64,000 bases of DNA from an uncultured bacterium (GCA_937952265.1 CALFYW010000016.1:398661-462660); one strand, 5' to 3'. Shown: positions 17,570-28,049, counted from the first letter of the stretch. A program made the numbers and translations. The notes: a model not told the origin generated them from the letters alone.

Positions 17570-20110
17570 ATGAACGACATTACCAACAAAAACATTCCTC
17601 CTGAAAGTTCTGCGGTTATTGAAATTGAGAGACAAGAGGATTCCGGAGTTTTAGCTTCAGAAGAGAGGGTTTCGGATACACAAAAGCCTCAAAAAGGAAA
17701 ACTCGAAATGCTTCTTTTGTGGCTCCTTACCGCGACGACATTGCTTCTTCCGCTTATCTTTCTTCCAAGTGTACATTTTCCATTACCAGCAACCAAGAGT
17801 GTGTTTTTAGGGTTGTCAGTATTTTTCTCTCTTATTCTCTGGATCATTATCATTTTCCGGAATGGCCATATTGAGATCCCTAAAACCCCGCTGATCCCTG
17901 TTTCAATCGGTATCCTTTTTGCGTACCTTGCCTCTACGTTGTTTGCGAACCCTATTGGTGTTTCTTTTTGGGGACAGGGTTTTGAAACAGGAACCTTCCT
18001 TGCTACTTTTGCCTTTGTGGTGCTGTTTATTGTCTCTGCTTCAGTCTTAAACACGAAGGCGCGAATGTTAAACATTTTTTCTGCGCTCTTTATCGCTTTC
18101 TTTGTCGTTGCGCTTTATCAGGTCATCCACTTGCTCGGGGTATTTTTTGGTTCTGGGGAACCATTCCTCTCATGGGGTCTCTTTGTTGGATCAACTGCTA
18201 ACCTTCTTGGCCGTTGGTACGATCTTGGAATTTTCTTTGGACTTGGAATCATCCTCTCCTTGATGGCGCTTGAAACACTCACACTCAATCGTCGAGTTTC
18301 AGTATTTCTCTCGGCAACACTCCTGATGAGCCTACTTTTGCTTAGTGTGATCAATTTTACTATTGCGTGGTTCGTCGTTGTTATCTTTTGCGCCATCTTT
18401 CTTATTTATCGTATTACTCTTGATACGATGCGGACCTCTGTTGAGAAAAAAGGCTTTGAGGGAAGAGGAAAAAATTATATTCGCGGACTGAAGCAACACA
18501 AGAAAGTCGTGGGGATCTTGATAATCGGGCTTATTTTTGTATTAAATCCTCCGTTGATTAATCCTCAAGAGTCAAGTCGTTTCGAGGACGGAACGCTTGC
18601 GGACATCGTTACCACGGTTACCGATACTCGTTATCTTGAAGTAAGGCCTTCTTGGGGAACAACCTTCATTATTCTAAAGGAGACACTTAAGGAGAGCGCA
18701 TTTCTGGGTTCTGGGCCGAACATGTTTACAAAACAAATGAACCAGTTCAAGCCGTCCGCAGTAAATGAGTCTCTCTTTTGGGGCGTTGATTTTAATGCGG
18801 GTATTGGTTTCATTCCTACAGCGTTTATTACCACTGGATTATTTGGGGCAGTGGTATGGATCCTATTTTTACTCTTGTTTCTCAGAGCAGGGTACCGCTC
18901 TCTTTTTGCGGATATCTCGGATCCGCTTGCTCGATTTATCGTACAAGGATCCTTTTTCGGCGCGCTCTACTTATGGGTTATGGCAGTTGTGTATGCTCCG
19001 TCAATCGTTATCTTAGGAATAACGATGATTCTAACGGGATCTTTTGTTGGCGGACTTGCCATTGCAAAATTGCGACCAATACGGAAAATCATGTTAGTGT
19101 CAAATCCAAAATTTGGTTTTATTTCAATAACCCTGCTACTCTTTTTATTGTTAGGAAGCATCTTTTTCTCTTATCACACCGCATCATCATACATTTCCCT
19201 CGCGCGCTTTCAAAAAGGTGTTGGGGTTTTGAATGCCACGGGTAATATTGGACAAGCCGAAACACTGATTCGAAAAGCAAGTACGCGCAGTGATAATGAT
19301 CTTTACCACCGAACGTTGGTCGACATTAATATTCTCAAGCTCAACCAATTGCTTCAGACGCAAGGACTTTCCCAAGAAGAGGTGCAAGAGCAGTTCCGTC
19401 TTTTGGTAGATGATGCGGTTGAGCAGTCGCAGTTGGGAATTGGTGTTGATCCAAACAATTATCAAAACTGGCTTTCTTTGGGACGTATTTATGAGGCAAT
19501 TGTTCCATTGGGTATTGAGGGTGCCTATGAAGAAGCAATTCAGGCATACACCCAAGCCCTTGCGACAAGTCCAAGGAACCCCTCAATCCATTTATCAATT
19601 GCGCGCTTGGAACTTGCTCGTGGAAATAGGGAGGCCGCACGAGAAGCAATTGCTGAAGCAAAGCGTTTAAAATCGAATTATACTGAAGCCGCATACCTCC
19701 TTTCGCAGATTGCGGCACAAGAAGGAAAACTTGATGAAGCGCTTAGTTCAGCAGAGTCAGCATCATTCTTAGCCCCTGGAGATCCAGTAGTATGGTTTCA
19801 AGTTGGGTTTCTTCAGTACAATAAGCCAAATTATGAAAAAGCCATTGAGGCGCTTCAACGTGCAGTCTCATTAAATCCCGAATATGCGAATGCTCGGTAT
19901 TTTCTCGGATTGAGTTACGCCCGTACAGGGAGGGGTGAGGACGCACTCGCGCAATTCATTGAAATCGAAAAGACAAATTTAGATAATCAGGAAGTTAAAA
20001 CCATTATTAACAATTTAGAGCGCGGACTTGATCCGCTCGTGCATCTTGAAGATCTCGATACTGCTCCTGAAGATCGTGAATCACTTCCGCTTGAAGAGGT
20101 TGAGTTATAA
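17570..20110 (+). CDS. Large polytopic membrane protein (O-antigen ligase/Wzy_C-like region, ~10 TM) fused to C-terminal tetratricopeptide repeats.
   Basis: 846 aa. The N-terminal 520 aa are highly hydrophobic. The C-terminal 300 aa contain TPR-like repeats (AYTQALATSPRNPSIHLSIARLELARGN..., AIEALQRAVSLNPEYANARYFLGLSY). Confidence 0.45.
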   Translation: MNDITNKNIPPESSAVIEIERQEDSGVLASEERVSDTQKPQKGKLEMLLLWLLTATTLLLPLIFLPSVHFPLPATKSVFLGLSVFFSLILWIIIIFRNGHIEIPKTPLIPVSIGILFAYLASTLFANPIGVSFWGQGFETGTFLATFAFVVLFIVSASVLNTKARMLNIFSALFIAFFVVALYQVIHLLGVFFGSGEPFLSWGLFVGSTANLLGRWYDLGIFFGLGIILSLMALETLTLNRRVSVFLSATLLMSLLLLSVINFTIAWFVVVIFCAIFLIYRITLDTMRTSVEKKGFEGRGKNYIRGLKQHKKVVGILIIGLIFVLNPPLINPQESSRFEDGTLADIVTTVTDTRYLEVRPSWGTTFIILKETLKESAFLGSGPNMFTKQMNQFKPSAVNESLFWGVDFNAGIGFIPTAFITTGLFGAVVWILFLLLFLRAGYRSLFADISDPLARFIVQGSFFGALYLWVMAVVYAPSIVILGITMILTGSFVGGLAIAKLRPIRKIMLVSNPKFGFISITLLLFLLLGSIFFSYHTASSYISLARFQKGVGVLNATGNIGQAETLIRKASTRSDNDLYHRTLVDINILKLNQLLQTQGLSQEEVQEQFRLLVDDAVEQSQLGIGVDPNNYQNWLSLGRIYEAIVPLGIEGAYEEAIQAYTQALATSPRNPSIHLSIARLELARGNREAAREAIAEAKRLKSNYTEAAYLLSQIAAQEGKLDEALSSAESASFLAPGDPVVWFQVGFLQYNKPNYEKAIEALQRAVSLNPEYANARYFLGLSYARTGRGEDALAQFIEIEKTNLDNQEVKTIINNLERGLDPLVHLEDLDTAPEDRESLPLEEVEL

Positions 20111-20125
20111 CGTTCTTCAGGAAGT

Positions 20126-21805
20126 ATGGTACGTCGAATTTTACGGATCTTAGTGCGTGATATACGAGGGCTTCATGAAGCCGCCTACCTCCTTGGTCTT
20201 TTCGCGATTCTCTCTCAGTTGTTAGGTTTAGTGCGAGATCGGATTCTTGCGCATATTTTTGGCGCGACCCAATCACTCGATGTCTATTACGCGTCTTTTC
20301 GGATTCCTGATCTCATTTTTGCGTCGGTAGCTTCGATCGTTTCAGTGTCCGTACTGATTCCGTTTTTGGCACAGTACATTGAAGGTGATCCAAAGCGACT
20401 CCGAGCTTTTATTAATAGCATTTTTTCCTTTTTCTCTTTCCTGATTATTGGGGTAAGTATCGCAGTGTTTTTTTTAATACCCCAGATTCTTTCAGTACTT
20501 TTTCCCTCAATCGCATTGAGCGATCTTTCAGATGATTTTATTCTCTTAACAAGAATACTTCTTCTTTCGCCAATTCTACTTGGGTTATCAAATTTTTTTG
20601 GAAGTATCACTCAGGTACGCCGTGCGTTTTTTTTATACGGGTTAAGCCCCTTTCTTTATAACAGCGGAATTATTCTAGGGATTCTCCTCTTTTATCCTGC
20701 TATGGGAATTCCAGGGCTTGGGTTAGGAGTAGTTCTTGGAGCCCTACTCCACATGGGAATGCAGTTACCGATTCTATTTCGCGAGAAACTCTTTCCTCGT
20801 TTTACGTTCACTCCTAACTATCAGGACGTTTTTTCTGTGGTAAAACTATCACTGCCGAGGACGATTACGCTCTCAATACACCACGTAACGCTCCTCATTC
20901 TCATCATGTTTTCCGCGCGTATTGGAGAGGGAATTATCTCAGTGTTTAATCTATCCTCGAACCTCCAGTCGGTACTACTCTCTATTGTAGGGGTGAGTTA
21001 TTCGGTAGCGGCATTTCCAACGCTCGCACGACTTTTTTCTAATGGTGATCAGGTTCAATTTTTTGAGAAGGTTTCCACTGCCGCACGACATATTATTTTT
21101 TGGTCATTACCAGGAGCCATCCTGTTTATTGTGCTTCGTGCGCAGATCGTTCGCGTCATATTAGGTTCTGGGTCGTTTGATTGGACCGCAACCCGACTGA
21201 CGGCTGCGGCACTCGCGATTTTCTCAGTATCTTTAATTGCGCAAGGTCTATCCCTCCTTTTTGTACGCGGATATTACGCATCAGGAAAAACATTTCGACC
21301 GCTTCTGGTTAATCTTTGCGGAGGTGTTGTCGCTGTCGGGTCTGCGTATGGACTCTGGAGACTTTTTGAAAACGTACCTGTAGTAAGGTATTTTTTCGAG
21401 TCACTTTTGAAAGTCTCAGATCTTCCCGGAACTGCCGTACTGATGCTCCCCCTTGGGTATTCAGTGGGTATGATTGTGAATGCGCTTTTGTTTTGGATCA
21501 TATTCCAACGTGATTTTAGTAAATTCTCGCATACCCTCTTTCGAACGTTCTTTCAAAGCCTTGCCGCGTCAGTGGTAATGGGTTTTGTCGCGTATCAAGT
21601 CTTGAACATTCTGGGTACGATATTTAATCTAAACACACTGTTGGGGATCTTTTTTCAAGGATTTATTGCGGGTATGGTCGGTATTATTGCTGGGATTGGT
21701 ATTTTGCGCATTCTTGGTAACCCTGAGTTGGGTGAGGCAATTCGGGCTTTTCGCCAGCGTTTTTGGAAATCAGCACCCATTTACCCTGAACAAAAAGAGC
21801 TTTAA
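20126..21805 (+). CDS. murJ: Lipid II flippase MurJ (MviN).
   Basis: N-terminal LGLVRDRILAHIFGATQSLDVYYASFRIPDLIF signature and 14 predicted TM segments. Confidence 0.8.
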   Translation: MVRRILRILVRDIRGLHEAAYLLGLFAILSQLLGLVRDRILAHIFGATQSLDVYYASFRIPDLIFASVASIVSVSVLIPFLAQYIEGDPKRLRAFINSIFSFFSFLIIGVSIAVFFLIPQILSVLFPSIALSDLSDDFILLTRILLLSPILLGLSNFFGSITQVRRAFFLYGLSPFLYNSGIILGILLFYPAMGIPGLGLGVVLGALLHMGMQLPILFREKLFPRFTFTPNYQDVFSVVKLSLPRTITLSIHHVTLLILIMFSARIGEGIISVFNLSSNLQSVLLSIVGVSYSVAAFPTLARLFSNGDQVQFFEKVSTAARHIIFWSLPGAILFIVLRAQIVRVILGSGSFDWTATRLTAAALAIFSVSLIAQGLSLLFVRGYYASGKTFRPLLVNLCGGVVAVGSAYGLWRLFENVPVVRYFFESLLKVSDLPGTAVLMLPLGYSVGMIVNALLFWIIFQRDFSKFSHTLFRTFFQSLAASVVMGFVAYQVLNILGTIFNLNTLLGIFFQGFIAGMVGIIAGIGILRILGNPELGEAIRAFRQRFWKSAPIYPEQKEL

Positions 21806-21855
21806 TTTTTTCAGGGACTTTTCTTTTAGGTAATTTTTCATTACTATCCTCGTAT

Positions 21856-23646
21856 ATGCAGGAAATAAGGAATTTTACAATTATTGCCCATATTGACCAT
21901 GGGAAATCCACACTTGCTGACCGCATGCTTGAAATTACTGAAACGGTGGCAAAACGAAAGCTTGTTGCCCAAACTTTAGACCAGATGGATCTCGAACGCG
22001 AGCGTGGTATTACGATAAAAATGCAACCCGTACGAATGCAGTATAAGGGTGCGATGCTTCATCTTATTGATACTCCTGGGCATATTGATTTCTCGTATGA
22101 AGTTTCGAGGGCGCTTAAAGCCGTTGAAGGCGCGGTACTGTTAGTTGACGCAACACAAGGGGTGCAAGCGCAGACACTTTCAGTATTAAGTATGGCGCGT
22201 GCTGAAGGCCTTGCTATTATTCCGGTAGTGAATAAGGTTGATTCACCTCTGGCTCGTGTAGACGAGGTTACCGATCAAATTGCCCGATTAATGGATATTC
22301 CTCCTCAGAGCGTGCTTGAGGTATCCGGAAAAACAGGACAAGGAGTCGAGGCACTACTCGATAAGATTGTGTCTACCGTTCCTCCTCCTCAAAAGCACGG
22401 GATCAGTGGTAATTTTCGTTCTCTTGTATTTGATTCAAATTATTCAGACCATAGAGGAGTGATTGTCTATGTCCGTGTTTTCGATGGGAGCATACGACGT
22501 GGGGATAGTGTAGTTTTTAAGGTAGCTCAAAAGAAGTTTTCCGTACTTGAGGTGGGAACATTTTCTCCTCGGGATGTACCACTTGATTCACTTTCTTCTG
22601 GTGAGGTTGGTTACATTGTAACGGGCATTAAAGAGCCGGGGGTTGCTCGTGTTGGAGATACCGTTGCTTCAGAAAAAGACACCCGAGATCCCCTTCGTGG
22701 ATATCAAGAACCTAAACCAGTGGTATGGGCTTCAGTGTATCCGGAAAGCCAAGATGACTTTCTAGAACTTAAACACTCGCTATCTCGGCTGAAACTCTCA
22801 GATTCCTCGCTTTCTTTTGAAGAAGAAACATCGGGAGTATTAGGGCGCGGCTTCCGTATTGGTTTTTTAGGAATGCTTCACTTGGAGATTGTCACCGAAC
22901 GACTTAAGCGTGAATTCGATCTTTCTTTGGTGGTTACCACGCCATCAATTACGTATCGAATTCTGCTCAAGAACGGAAAGGAAGAAGTGGTGTATACTCC
23001 CTCTCGTTTTCCTGATGATTCTGAAATTGAAAAGATTTTTGAACCGTGGGTATCGCTTACGATTATTACCCCATCGAAATACCTCGGCTCGCTATTACCC
23101 CTTCTGTATGAGCATGAGGCAGTAGTGGGGCATTCAGAAACGGTGGGCGAGGATCGAACATCTCTCTCGGCAAAAATACCGCTTCGTGAATTGATGCGCC
23201 ACCTCTTTGATGAGATTAAGAGCGTTTCTTCTGGATATGCATCAATTTCTTATGAAATTATCGACGAAGAGGAAGCATTGGTAACACGGCTTGATGTGTG
23301 TGTCGCTGAGGAAATTGTCCCTGCGTTTTCTCGGGTAGTCGCTCGCCGGCGTCTTCAGGAAGAAGCTGAGCAAGTAGTTGAGCGTTTAGAAAAGCTCCTT
23401 CCTCGACAGCTTTTTGTTACGAAGATTCAGGCGAAGGGAGCGGGAAGAATCCTTTCATCACGGAGTATTTCTGCGCTGAAAAAAGATGTGACGGGGTATC
23501 TTTATGGTGGAGACATTACTCGAAAAATGAAGTTGCGGGAAAAACAGAAGCGAGGTAAAAAACGCATGCAGTCTCGTGGTAAAGTTCACATTCCACATGA
23601 TGTATTCATGAAGATGATGCGTGGAAGGGATACGGGATCTTCCTAG
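21856..23646 (+). CDS. lepA: Elongation factor 4 (LepA).
   Basis: IRNFTIIAHIDHGKSTLADR G1 motif, DTPGHIDF and the LepA-specific C-terminal domain. Confidence 0.95.
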   Translation: MQEIRNFTIIAHIDHGKSTLADRMLEITETVAKRKLVAQTLDQMDLERERGITIKMQPVRMQYKGAMLHLIDTPGHIDFSYEVSRALKAVEGAVLLVDATQGVQAQTLSVLSMARAEGLAIIPVVNKVDSPLARVDEVTDQIARLMDIPPQSVLEVSGKTGQGVEALLDKIVSTVPPPQKHGISGNFRSLVFDSNYSDHRGVIVYVRVFDGSIRRGDSVVFKVAQKKFSVLEVGTFSPRDVPLDSLSSGEVGYIVTGIKEPGVARVGDTVASEKDTRDPLRGYQEPKPVVWASVYPESQDDFLELKHSLSRLKLSDSSLSFEEETSGVLGRGFRIGFLGMLHLEIVTERLKREFDLSLVVTTPSITYRILLKNGKEEVVYTPSRFPDDSEIEKIFEPWVSLTIITPSKYLGSLLPLLYEHEAVVGHSETVGEDRTSLSAKIPLRELMRHLFDEIKSVSSGYASISYEIIDEEEALVTRLDVCVAEEIVPAFSRVVARRRLQEEAEQVVERLEKLLPRQLFVTKIQAKGAGRILSSRSISALKKDVTGYLYGGDITRKMKLREKQKRGKKRMQSRGKVHIPHDVFMKMMRGRDTGSS

Positions 23647-23784
23647 TCTTAGTATAAGAAGGTTGGGGTGTAAAGGGCAATCATGCTGATAATAATCAAA
23701 ACACCCACGATAATAGAAAGCCCCTTAACCATTTTTTGGTACTTTTTATTAAACATTGAATAGGAGTATACTATACTTTGACCT

Positions 23785-24183
23785 ATGCGTGAACTGGAAA
23801 AGAGACGTCGAATTAAGGAGATTTTATATTCACGAGTTACCCTGGTAGTACTTCTGATCGCGGCACTCTTTAGCGCGGAGGCACTCTGGGGTATGATCCG
23901 TAAGGAGCGTGATGTTCGGGAGAAGCGTCTTTCGGTTGAAACTGAAGTAGAGGAGTTGAAAGATCGGATCACCTTTCTTGATGGTGAAATTGAGAAGTTT
24001 AATACTTCTCGTGGGATCGAAGAAGAGATTCGTGAGAAATTTAGAGTAGTTCGAGGTGATGAACAAGTGGCCATTATCATTGATAATGAGGGAGAAAAAA
24101 CGAATGAGAGTAGCGAGCTTGCTCCCGAGCCTCGCTGGTGGAGTAGGATATTAGGATCTATCGGGGGCTTATTTGATAAATAA
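23785..24183 (+). CDS. FtsB/DivIC-like septum-formation initiator (TM plus coiled coil).
   Basis: 132 aa with an N-terminal TM (VTLVVLLIAALFSA) followed by a heptad-rich coiled coil. It ends 1 nt before tRNA-Gly. Confidence 0.5.
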   Translation: MRELEKRRRIKEILYSRVTLVVLLIAALFSAEALWGMIRKERDVREKRLSVETEVEELKDRITFLDGEIEKFNTSRGIEEEIREKFRVVRGDEQVAIIIDNEGEKTNESSELAPEPRWWSRILGSIGGLFDK

Positions 24184-24254
24184 GCGGGTATAGTTTAGTG
24201 GTAGAATGATTGCTTCCCAAGCAATAGGCGAGAGTTCGATTCTCTCTACCCGCA
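24184..24254 (+). tRNA. tRNA-Gly (anticodon CCC).
   Basis: Acceptor GCGGGTA / TACCCGC, anticodon arm ATTGC-TTCCCAA-GCAAT, T-loop GAGTTCGATTCTC. Confidence 0.8.
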
Positions 24255-24359
24255 CAAAAATCCGAGCAAAGCCAAGGTGTACCCCCGTTGGTTCATTTGT
24301 TTTTTATCTGGTATCATATATCATGATACGAAGCAATTATTAATAACATCAAGATATTT

Positions 24360-24593
24360 ATGAAGAAGGTTGTCATCTATACCACCCCAACATGTACCTA
24401 TTGTAAGCAGACAAAAGACTTTTTTAAGGAGAACAGTATTTCCTATGAAGAATATGACGTGGCATCTGACATGGATAAAAGAAAGGAGATGGTAGAAAAG
24501 AGTGGTCAGATGGGAGTGCCGGTTATTTTTGTTGACGATCAGATGTTCGTTGGGTTTGATAAAGAAGGGTTATCGCAAGCACTTGGTCTTTAA
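24360..24593 (+). CDS. Glutaredoxin-like protein (CxxC thioredoxin fold; NrdH/Grx-like).
   Basis: 77 aa with VVIYTTPTCTYCKQ...GVPVIF, the glutaredoxin active-site pattern. Confidence 0.75.
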   Translation: MKKVVIYTTPTCTYCKQTKDFFKENSISYEEYDVASDMDKRKEMVEKSGQMGVPVIFVDDQMFVGFDKEGLSQALGL

Positions 24594-24617
24594 GGTGAAA
24601 AAATAAAAGTAGTAACA

Positions 24618-24644
24618 AAACTCGCCAGTCACAGGCGAGTTTTG
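24618..24644 (+). terminator. Hairpin terminator after the glutaredoxin gene.
   Basis: aaactcgcc / ggcgagttt stem with an 8-nt loop, followed by TTT. Confidence 0.5.
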
Positions 24645-24727
24645 TGCTATAGTTCATGGTATAGGATGGTTTACTCCCCCTTTTGGGGCGAGGTTCAGGT
24701 TCTAATTTGATTACGGTTCAAAGTATT

Positions 24728-25057
24728 ATGTCGAGAAAAGAATATCAAAAATTAGTGCGAGATAGTATTCCAGGCATTATCAAAGAGAATGGAGGGTCTC
24801 CAAAAATTTTAGAACTTGATGAAAAACAGTTTATTTCATTGCTCAAAGAAAAACTTACTGAGGAAGTCGGGGAATTACAAAAGGCAGAAAATAGATCAGA
24901 GATTTTGGAAGAGCTTGCGGATATCACCGAAATACTTGAGTCAGTCGGACATTACTACCACATTTTATCTGATGAGATACACGCACATAAAAAAGAGAAG
25001 AGAAAACAACGAGGAGGTTTTGAAAAACGTATTTTTCTTGAGTATGTAGATGAATGA
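24728..25057 (+). CDS. MazG/HisE-like nucleoside-triphosphate pyrophosphohydrolase (all-alpha NTP-PPase).
   Basis: EExxE...EELADITEILESV acidic-helix pattern. The start is placed at the internal Met (MSRKEYQKL); the ORF track begins at 24683. Confidence 0.5.
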   Translation: MSRKEYQKLVRDSIPGIIKENGGSPKILELDEKQFISLLKEKLTEEVGELQKAENRSEILEELADITEILESVGHYYHILSDEIHAHKKEKRKQRGGFEKRIFLEYVDE

Positions 25058-25121
25058 AAGTCTTGTTTGGGTATATGAAAATTCCGCTTCAAATGGAGCT
25101 TTTATGTTATAGTCTTGGTAC

Positions 25122-25193
25122 GCCGCTGTAGTTCAATGGATAGAACGAGGGACTCCTAAGCCCTAGATGTAGGTTCGATTCCTGCCAGTGGCA
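25122..25193 (+). tRNA. tRNA-Arg (anticodon CCT).
   Basis: Acceptor GCCGCTG / CAGTGGC (one G-U), anticodon loop CTCCTAA, T-arm GTAGG-TTCGATT-CCTGC. The 31-39 pair is an A-G mismatch. Confidence 0.7.
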
Positions 25194-25268
25194 TGGATAC
25201 TAATAATATATTAATACATCTCAAGATCTGAGTTCCTTGAGGTTGTGATTGCATGCTAGTATAGCGAT

Positions 25269-26618
25269 ATGCGCAGAGAAGAATATCAACACTATTTTAA
25301 AGATAAAAAAGTAATTGTTATGGGGCTTGGTCTCTTAGGCCGCGGCATTGCTGATGCGCGATTTTTGGCGGAGTGTGGCGCGGAGGTCTTAGTAACTGAT
25401 CTTAAAGATGAAAAGGTGCTTAAAACCTCAGTTGATCAACTGCGTAAATTTTCAAATATCACCTTCATCCTTGGAGAACACCGTCCGGAGGATTTCCGTA
25501 ATTGCGATTTCGTTTTGAAAGCAGCGGGAGTGCCACTTGAGTCCCCATTTCTTGAAGAAGCACGGAAAAACCGTATCCCAATTGAGATGGATGAATCTCT
25601 CTTTGCAAAAATTGCCCAAGGAGTGACCTTGGTTGGTATTACTGGAACGCGCGGAAAGAGTACCACTACCCATTTGATTTTTGAGATGCTTAAAAAGAAA
25701 TATGAAAAGAAGGTTTTTCTTGCTGGAAATATTCGAGGAAAAGCAACGTTACCGCTTTTGAGTGAGGTATCACCAGGGGATATTATAGTGCTCGAACTTT
25801 CTTCGTGGCAATTACAAGGCTTTCATGATGCAGCAGTAAGCCCGAATGTCGGAGTCTTCACAAATTTTCTTGATGATCATTTAAATTATTATCACGGAGA
25901 TCGTGATCTGTATTTTAAAGATAAGGCGGCAATTTTTCGGTTTCAGAAGAAAGGGGATACCTGTGTTGTTGGAGCGCAAGTAGCACCTTTACTCGCTGAA
26001 GAATCGCTCCAGGGGAACCTTATTGTGGCAAGAAAAGAAGACGTTCCATCTTCTTGGAAGCGAGTATTGCCCGGGGAGCATAATCAGGAAAACATTGCGT
26101 GTGCAATTCATGTAGCCCGCACATTAGAAGTCTCTGATAAAGATATTCAGGAAGTAGTTGAGACTTTTAAGGGTGTGGAGGGAAGGCTTCAATTAGTTCG
26201 AGAGAGTAACGGCGTCGCTTTTTATAATGATACGACCGCCACAACACCTGATGCGACGTTCGCGGGGCTTAAAGCTTTAGGTGGTAAGAAGCCTTTGGTA
26301 CTTATTATGGGCGGGACTGATAAAGGTCTCTCTTTTGATCAAGTGCTTCGTGCATTTCCTCAGTACGCACAAGGTGTAGTTTTGCTCCCCGGTACTGGCA
26401 CTGAGCGCATCATCACTCATATTCAAAAACTCTCTTTTGAAAAAGGGGTACACCAAGAAGATACCTTAACGGGAGCTTTAAACAAAGCACAGACACTACT
26501 GCATGGTGAGAAACAGGGAATTATCCTCTTTAGTCCTGGCTTTGCGTCTTTTGGAATGTTTCAAAATGAGTTTGACCGCAGTGATCAATTTCTTGCGCTT
26601 GTTGAAACATTAAACTGA
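25269..26618 (+). CDS. murD: UDP-N-acetylmuramoyl-L-alanine--D-glutamate ligase MurD.
   Basis: N-terminal Rossmann VIVMGLGLLGRG and P-loop GITGTRGKSTTTHL. Mur ligase middle and C domains. Located upstream of murC. Confidence 0.75.
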   Translation: MRREEYQHYFKDKKVIVMGLGLLGRGIADARFLAECGAEVLVTDLKDEKVLKTSVDQLRKFSNITFILGEHRPEDFRNCDFVLKAAGVPLESPFLEEARKNRIPIEMDESLFAKIAQGVTLVGITGTRGKSTTTHLIFEMLKKKYEKKVFLAGNIRGKATLPLLSEVSPGDIIVLELSSWQLQGFHDAAVSPNVGVFTNFLDDHLNYYHGDRDLYFKDKAAIFRFQKKGDTCVVGAQVAPLLAEESLQGNLIVARKEDVPSSWKRVLPGEHNQENIACAIHVARTLEVSDKDIQEVVETFKGVEGRLQLVRESNGVAFYNDTTATTPDATFAGLKALGGKKPLVLIMGGTDKGLSFDQVLRAFPQYAQGVVLLPGTGTERIITHIQKLSFEKGVHQEDTLTGALNKAQTLLHGEKQGIILFSPGFASFGMFQNEFDRSDQFLALVETLN

Positions 26619-26622
26619 TACT

Positions 26623-26643
26623 GTCCGAGGTCGGACCTCGGAC
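26623..26643. terminator. Perfect 9-bp stem-loop (gtccgaggt-cgg-acctcggac) after murD; weak terminator or RNA-processing site.
   Basis: Read from the sequence. Followed by an A-run and then TTTTT, rather than an immediate T-run. Confidence 0.3.
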
Positions 26644-26742
26644 AAAAAAGGTTTTTAGTGTGCTCGTAAATGCGTTATGAGGTATTTCAGATTAAGCGAT
26701 TCTATCTTTTAATGTGGTTGTTACCATGCTATCCTCATCATT

Positions 26743-28041
26743 ATGGAAGATTTACGGATAAACCCCCTGCAGGTCAAACGCGTGCATTTTATTGGTATTG
26801 GGGGTATTGGCCTGTCTGCAATTGCGCGTATGTTTTTTCTCCAAGGCGCACGAGTTACGGGTTCTGACCTTGCAGGGTCCCCAGTCACTGAATCATTGAG
26901 AGATCTCGGTATTACGGTCTCACTCGGACATCAGGCAGAAAATATACCTCATGGAACTGAGTTAGTGATCTATACTATCGCTCTCGATAAAAATGATCTC
27001 GAATTTCGTGCCGCGAAGGCAAGAGGTATTCCCATGCTCTCTTATCCTGAATCACTTCGGTGGCTCTCAAAGGATAAATACACAATTGCCGTAGCAGGTA
27101 CTCATGGTAAGACCACCACCACTGCTATGATTGCCCAGGTGTTAATTGAAGCAGGGTATGATCCTACGGTCATCGTGGGTAGCTTGCTTCGTCGTGGTAG
27201 AGAGCATGCAAGCAATTTTATTGCCGGTAAAAGCAATTATTTTATTGTTGAGGCGTGCGAGTATCGGCGGTCTTTTTTAAATATTTTTCCACAAGTGCTC
27301 GTGATTACAAATATTGAAGCTGATCACCTTGATTATTATCACGATATCGATGAGGTAGTTCTCGCATTCCGTGAATTAGCAATGCGCGTGCCAAAGAATG
27401 GTTTTATTATCTGCGATAAAGAAGATAGTAATATTTTGAACGCTCTTAAAGGTGTACCAGCTTCAATTATTGATTATAACGAGTTTGAGTATAAAGGTGT
27501 ACTTCAGGTATTTGGAGCACATAACAGAAGTAATGCAAATGCGGCAAAAAGTGTTGGAAGAGTACTTGAAATACCTGATTCAGCGCTTGATACTTCACTC
27601 GGTTCATTTCAGGGTGTGTGGAGACGGTTTGAGTATCGAGGAAAAACCCATGCGGGTGCGTTGGTTTATGATGATTACGCCCATCATCCAACGGAGATCA
27701 GAGCAACCATTAATGGTGCGAGAGAAGCTCACCCAGAAAAGAAAATCGTGGTAGTGTTCCAACCCCATCTCTATAGCCGAACCAAATCTCTTTTCACAGC
27801 ATTTGCAGAAGCGCTTTCTCTGGCTGACCAAGTGCTACTCTTACCTATCTATGGCGCGCGTGAACAGATTGATCGTACAGTGAAAAGTGAAGATTTATTA
27901 CCATTTATTACTTCTCCATCAACATATACGGAGTCTTTTGAAGAAGCGACTTCTTTGCTTAGCGGGAATAAGGGAGAGTGTGTAATTATTACCCTTGGGG
28001 CTGGTAATGTTTATGAAGTAGCAGATGCTCTTGTTGTATAA
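26743..28041 (+). CDS. murC: UDP-N-acetylmuramate--L-alanine ligase MurC.
   Basis: HFIGIGGIGLSAIA N-terminal signature and P-loop AVAGTHGKTTTTAM. Confidence 0.85.
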   Translation: MEDLRINPLQVKRVHFIGIGGIGLSAIARMFFLQGARVTGSDLAGSPVTESLRDLGITVSLGHQAENIPHGTELVIYTIALDKNDLEFRAAKARGIPMLSYPESLRWLSKDKYTIAVAGTHGKTTTTAMIAQVLIEAGYDPTVIVGSLLRRGREHASNFIAGKSNYFIVEACEYRRSFLNIFPQVLVITNIEADHLDYYHDIDEVVLAFRELAMRVPKNGFIICDKEDSNILNALKGVPASIIDYNEFEYKGVLQVFGAHNRSNANAAKSVGRVLEIPDSALDTSLGSFQGVWRRFEYRGKTHAGALVYDDYAHHPTEIRATINGAREAHPEKKIVVVFQPHLYSRTKSLFTAFAEALSLADQVLLLPIYGAREQIDRTVKSEDLLPFITSPSTYTESFEEATSLLSGNKGECVIITLGAGNVYEVADALVV

Positions 28042-28049
28042 AGTGTGAT

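Noticed and set aside
23649-24080. Minus-strand 143-aa ORF overlapping the FtsB/DivIC-like gene
   Set aside because: Its Ser/Arg-rich low-complexity body overlaps a + strand ORF with a coherent TM and coiled-coil architecture. Only its last ~27 codons (a hydrophobic peptide, 23649-23732) are non-overlapping, which is too weak to call.
26670-26867. 65-aa ORF overlapping the murC start
   Set aside because: It is in a different frame over the murC 5' region and has Trp/Tyr-rich improbable composition.
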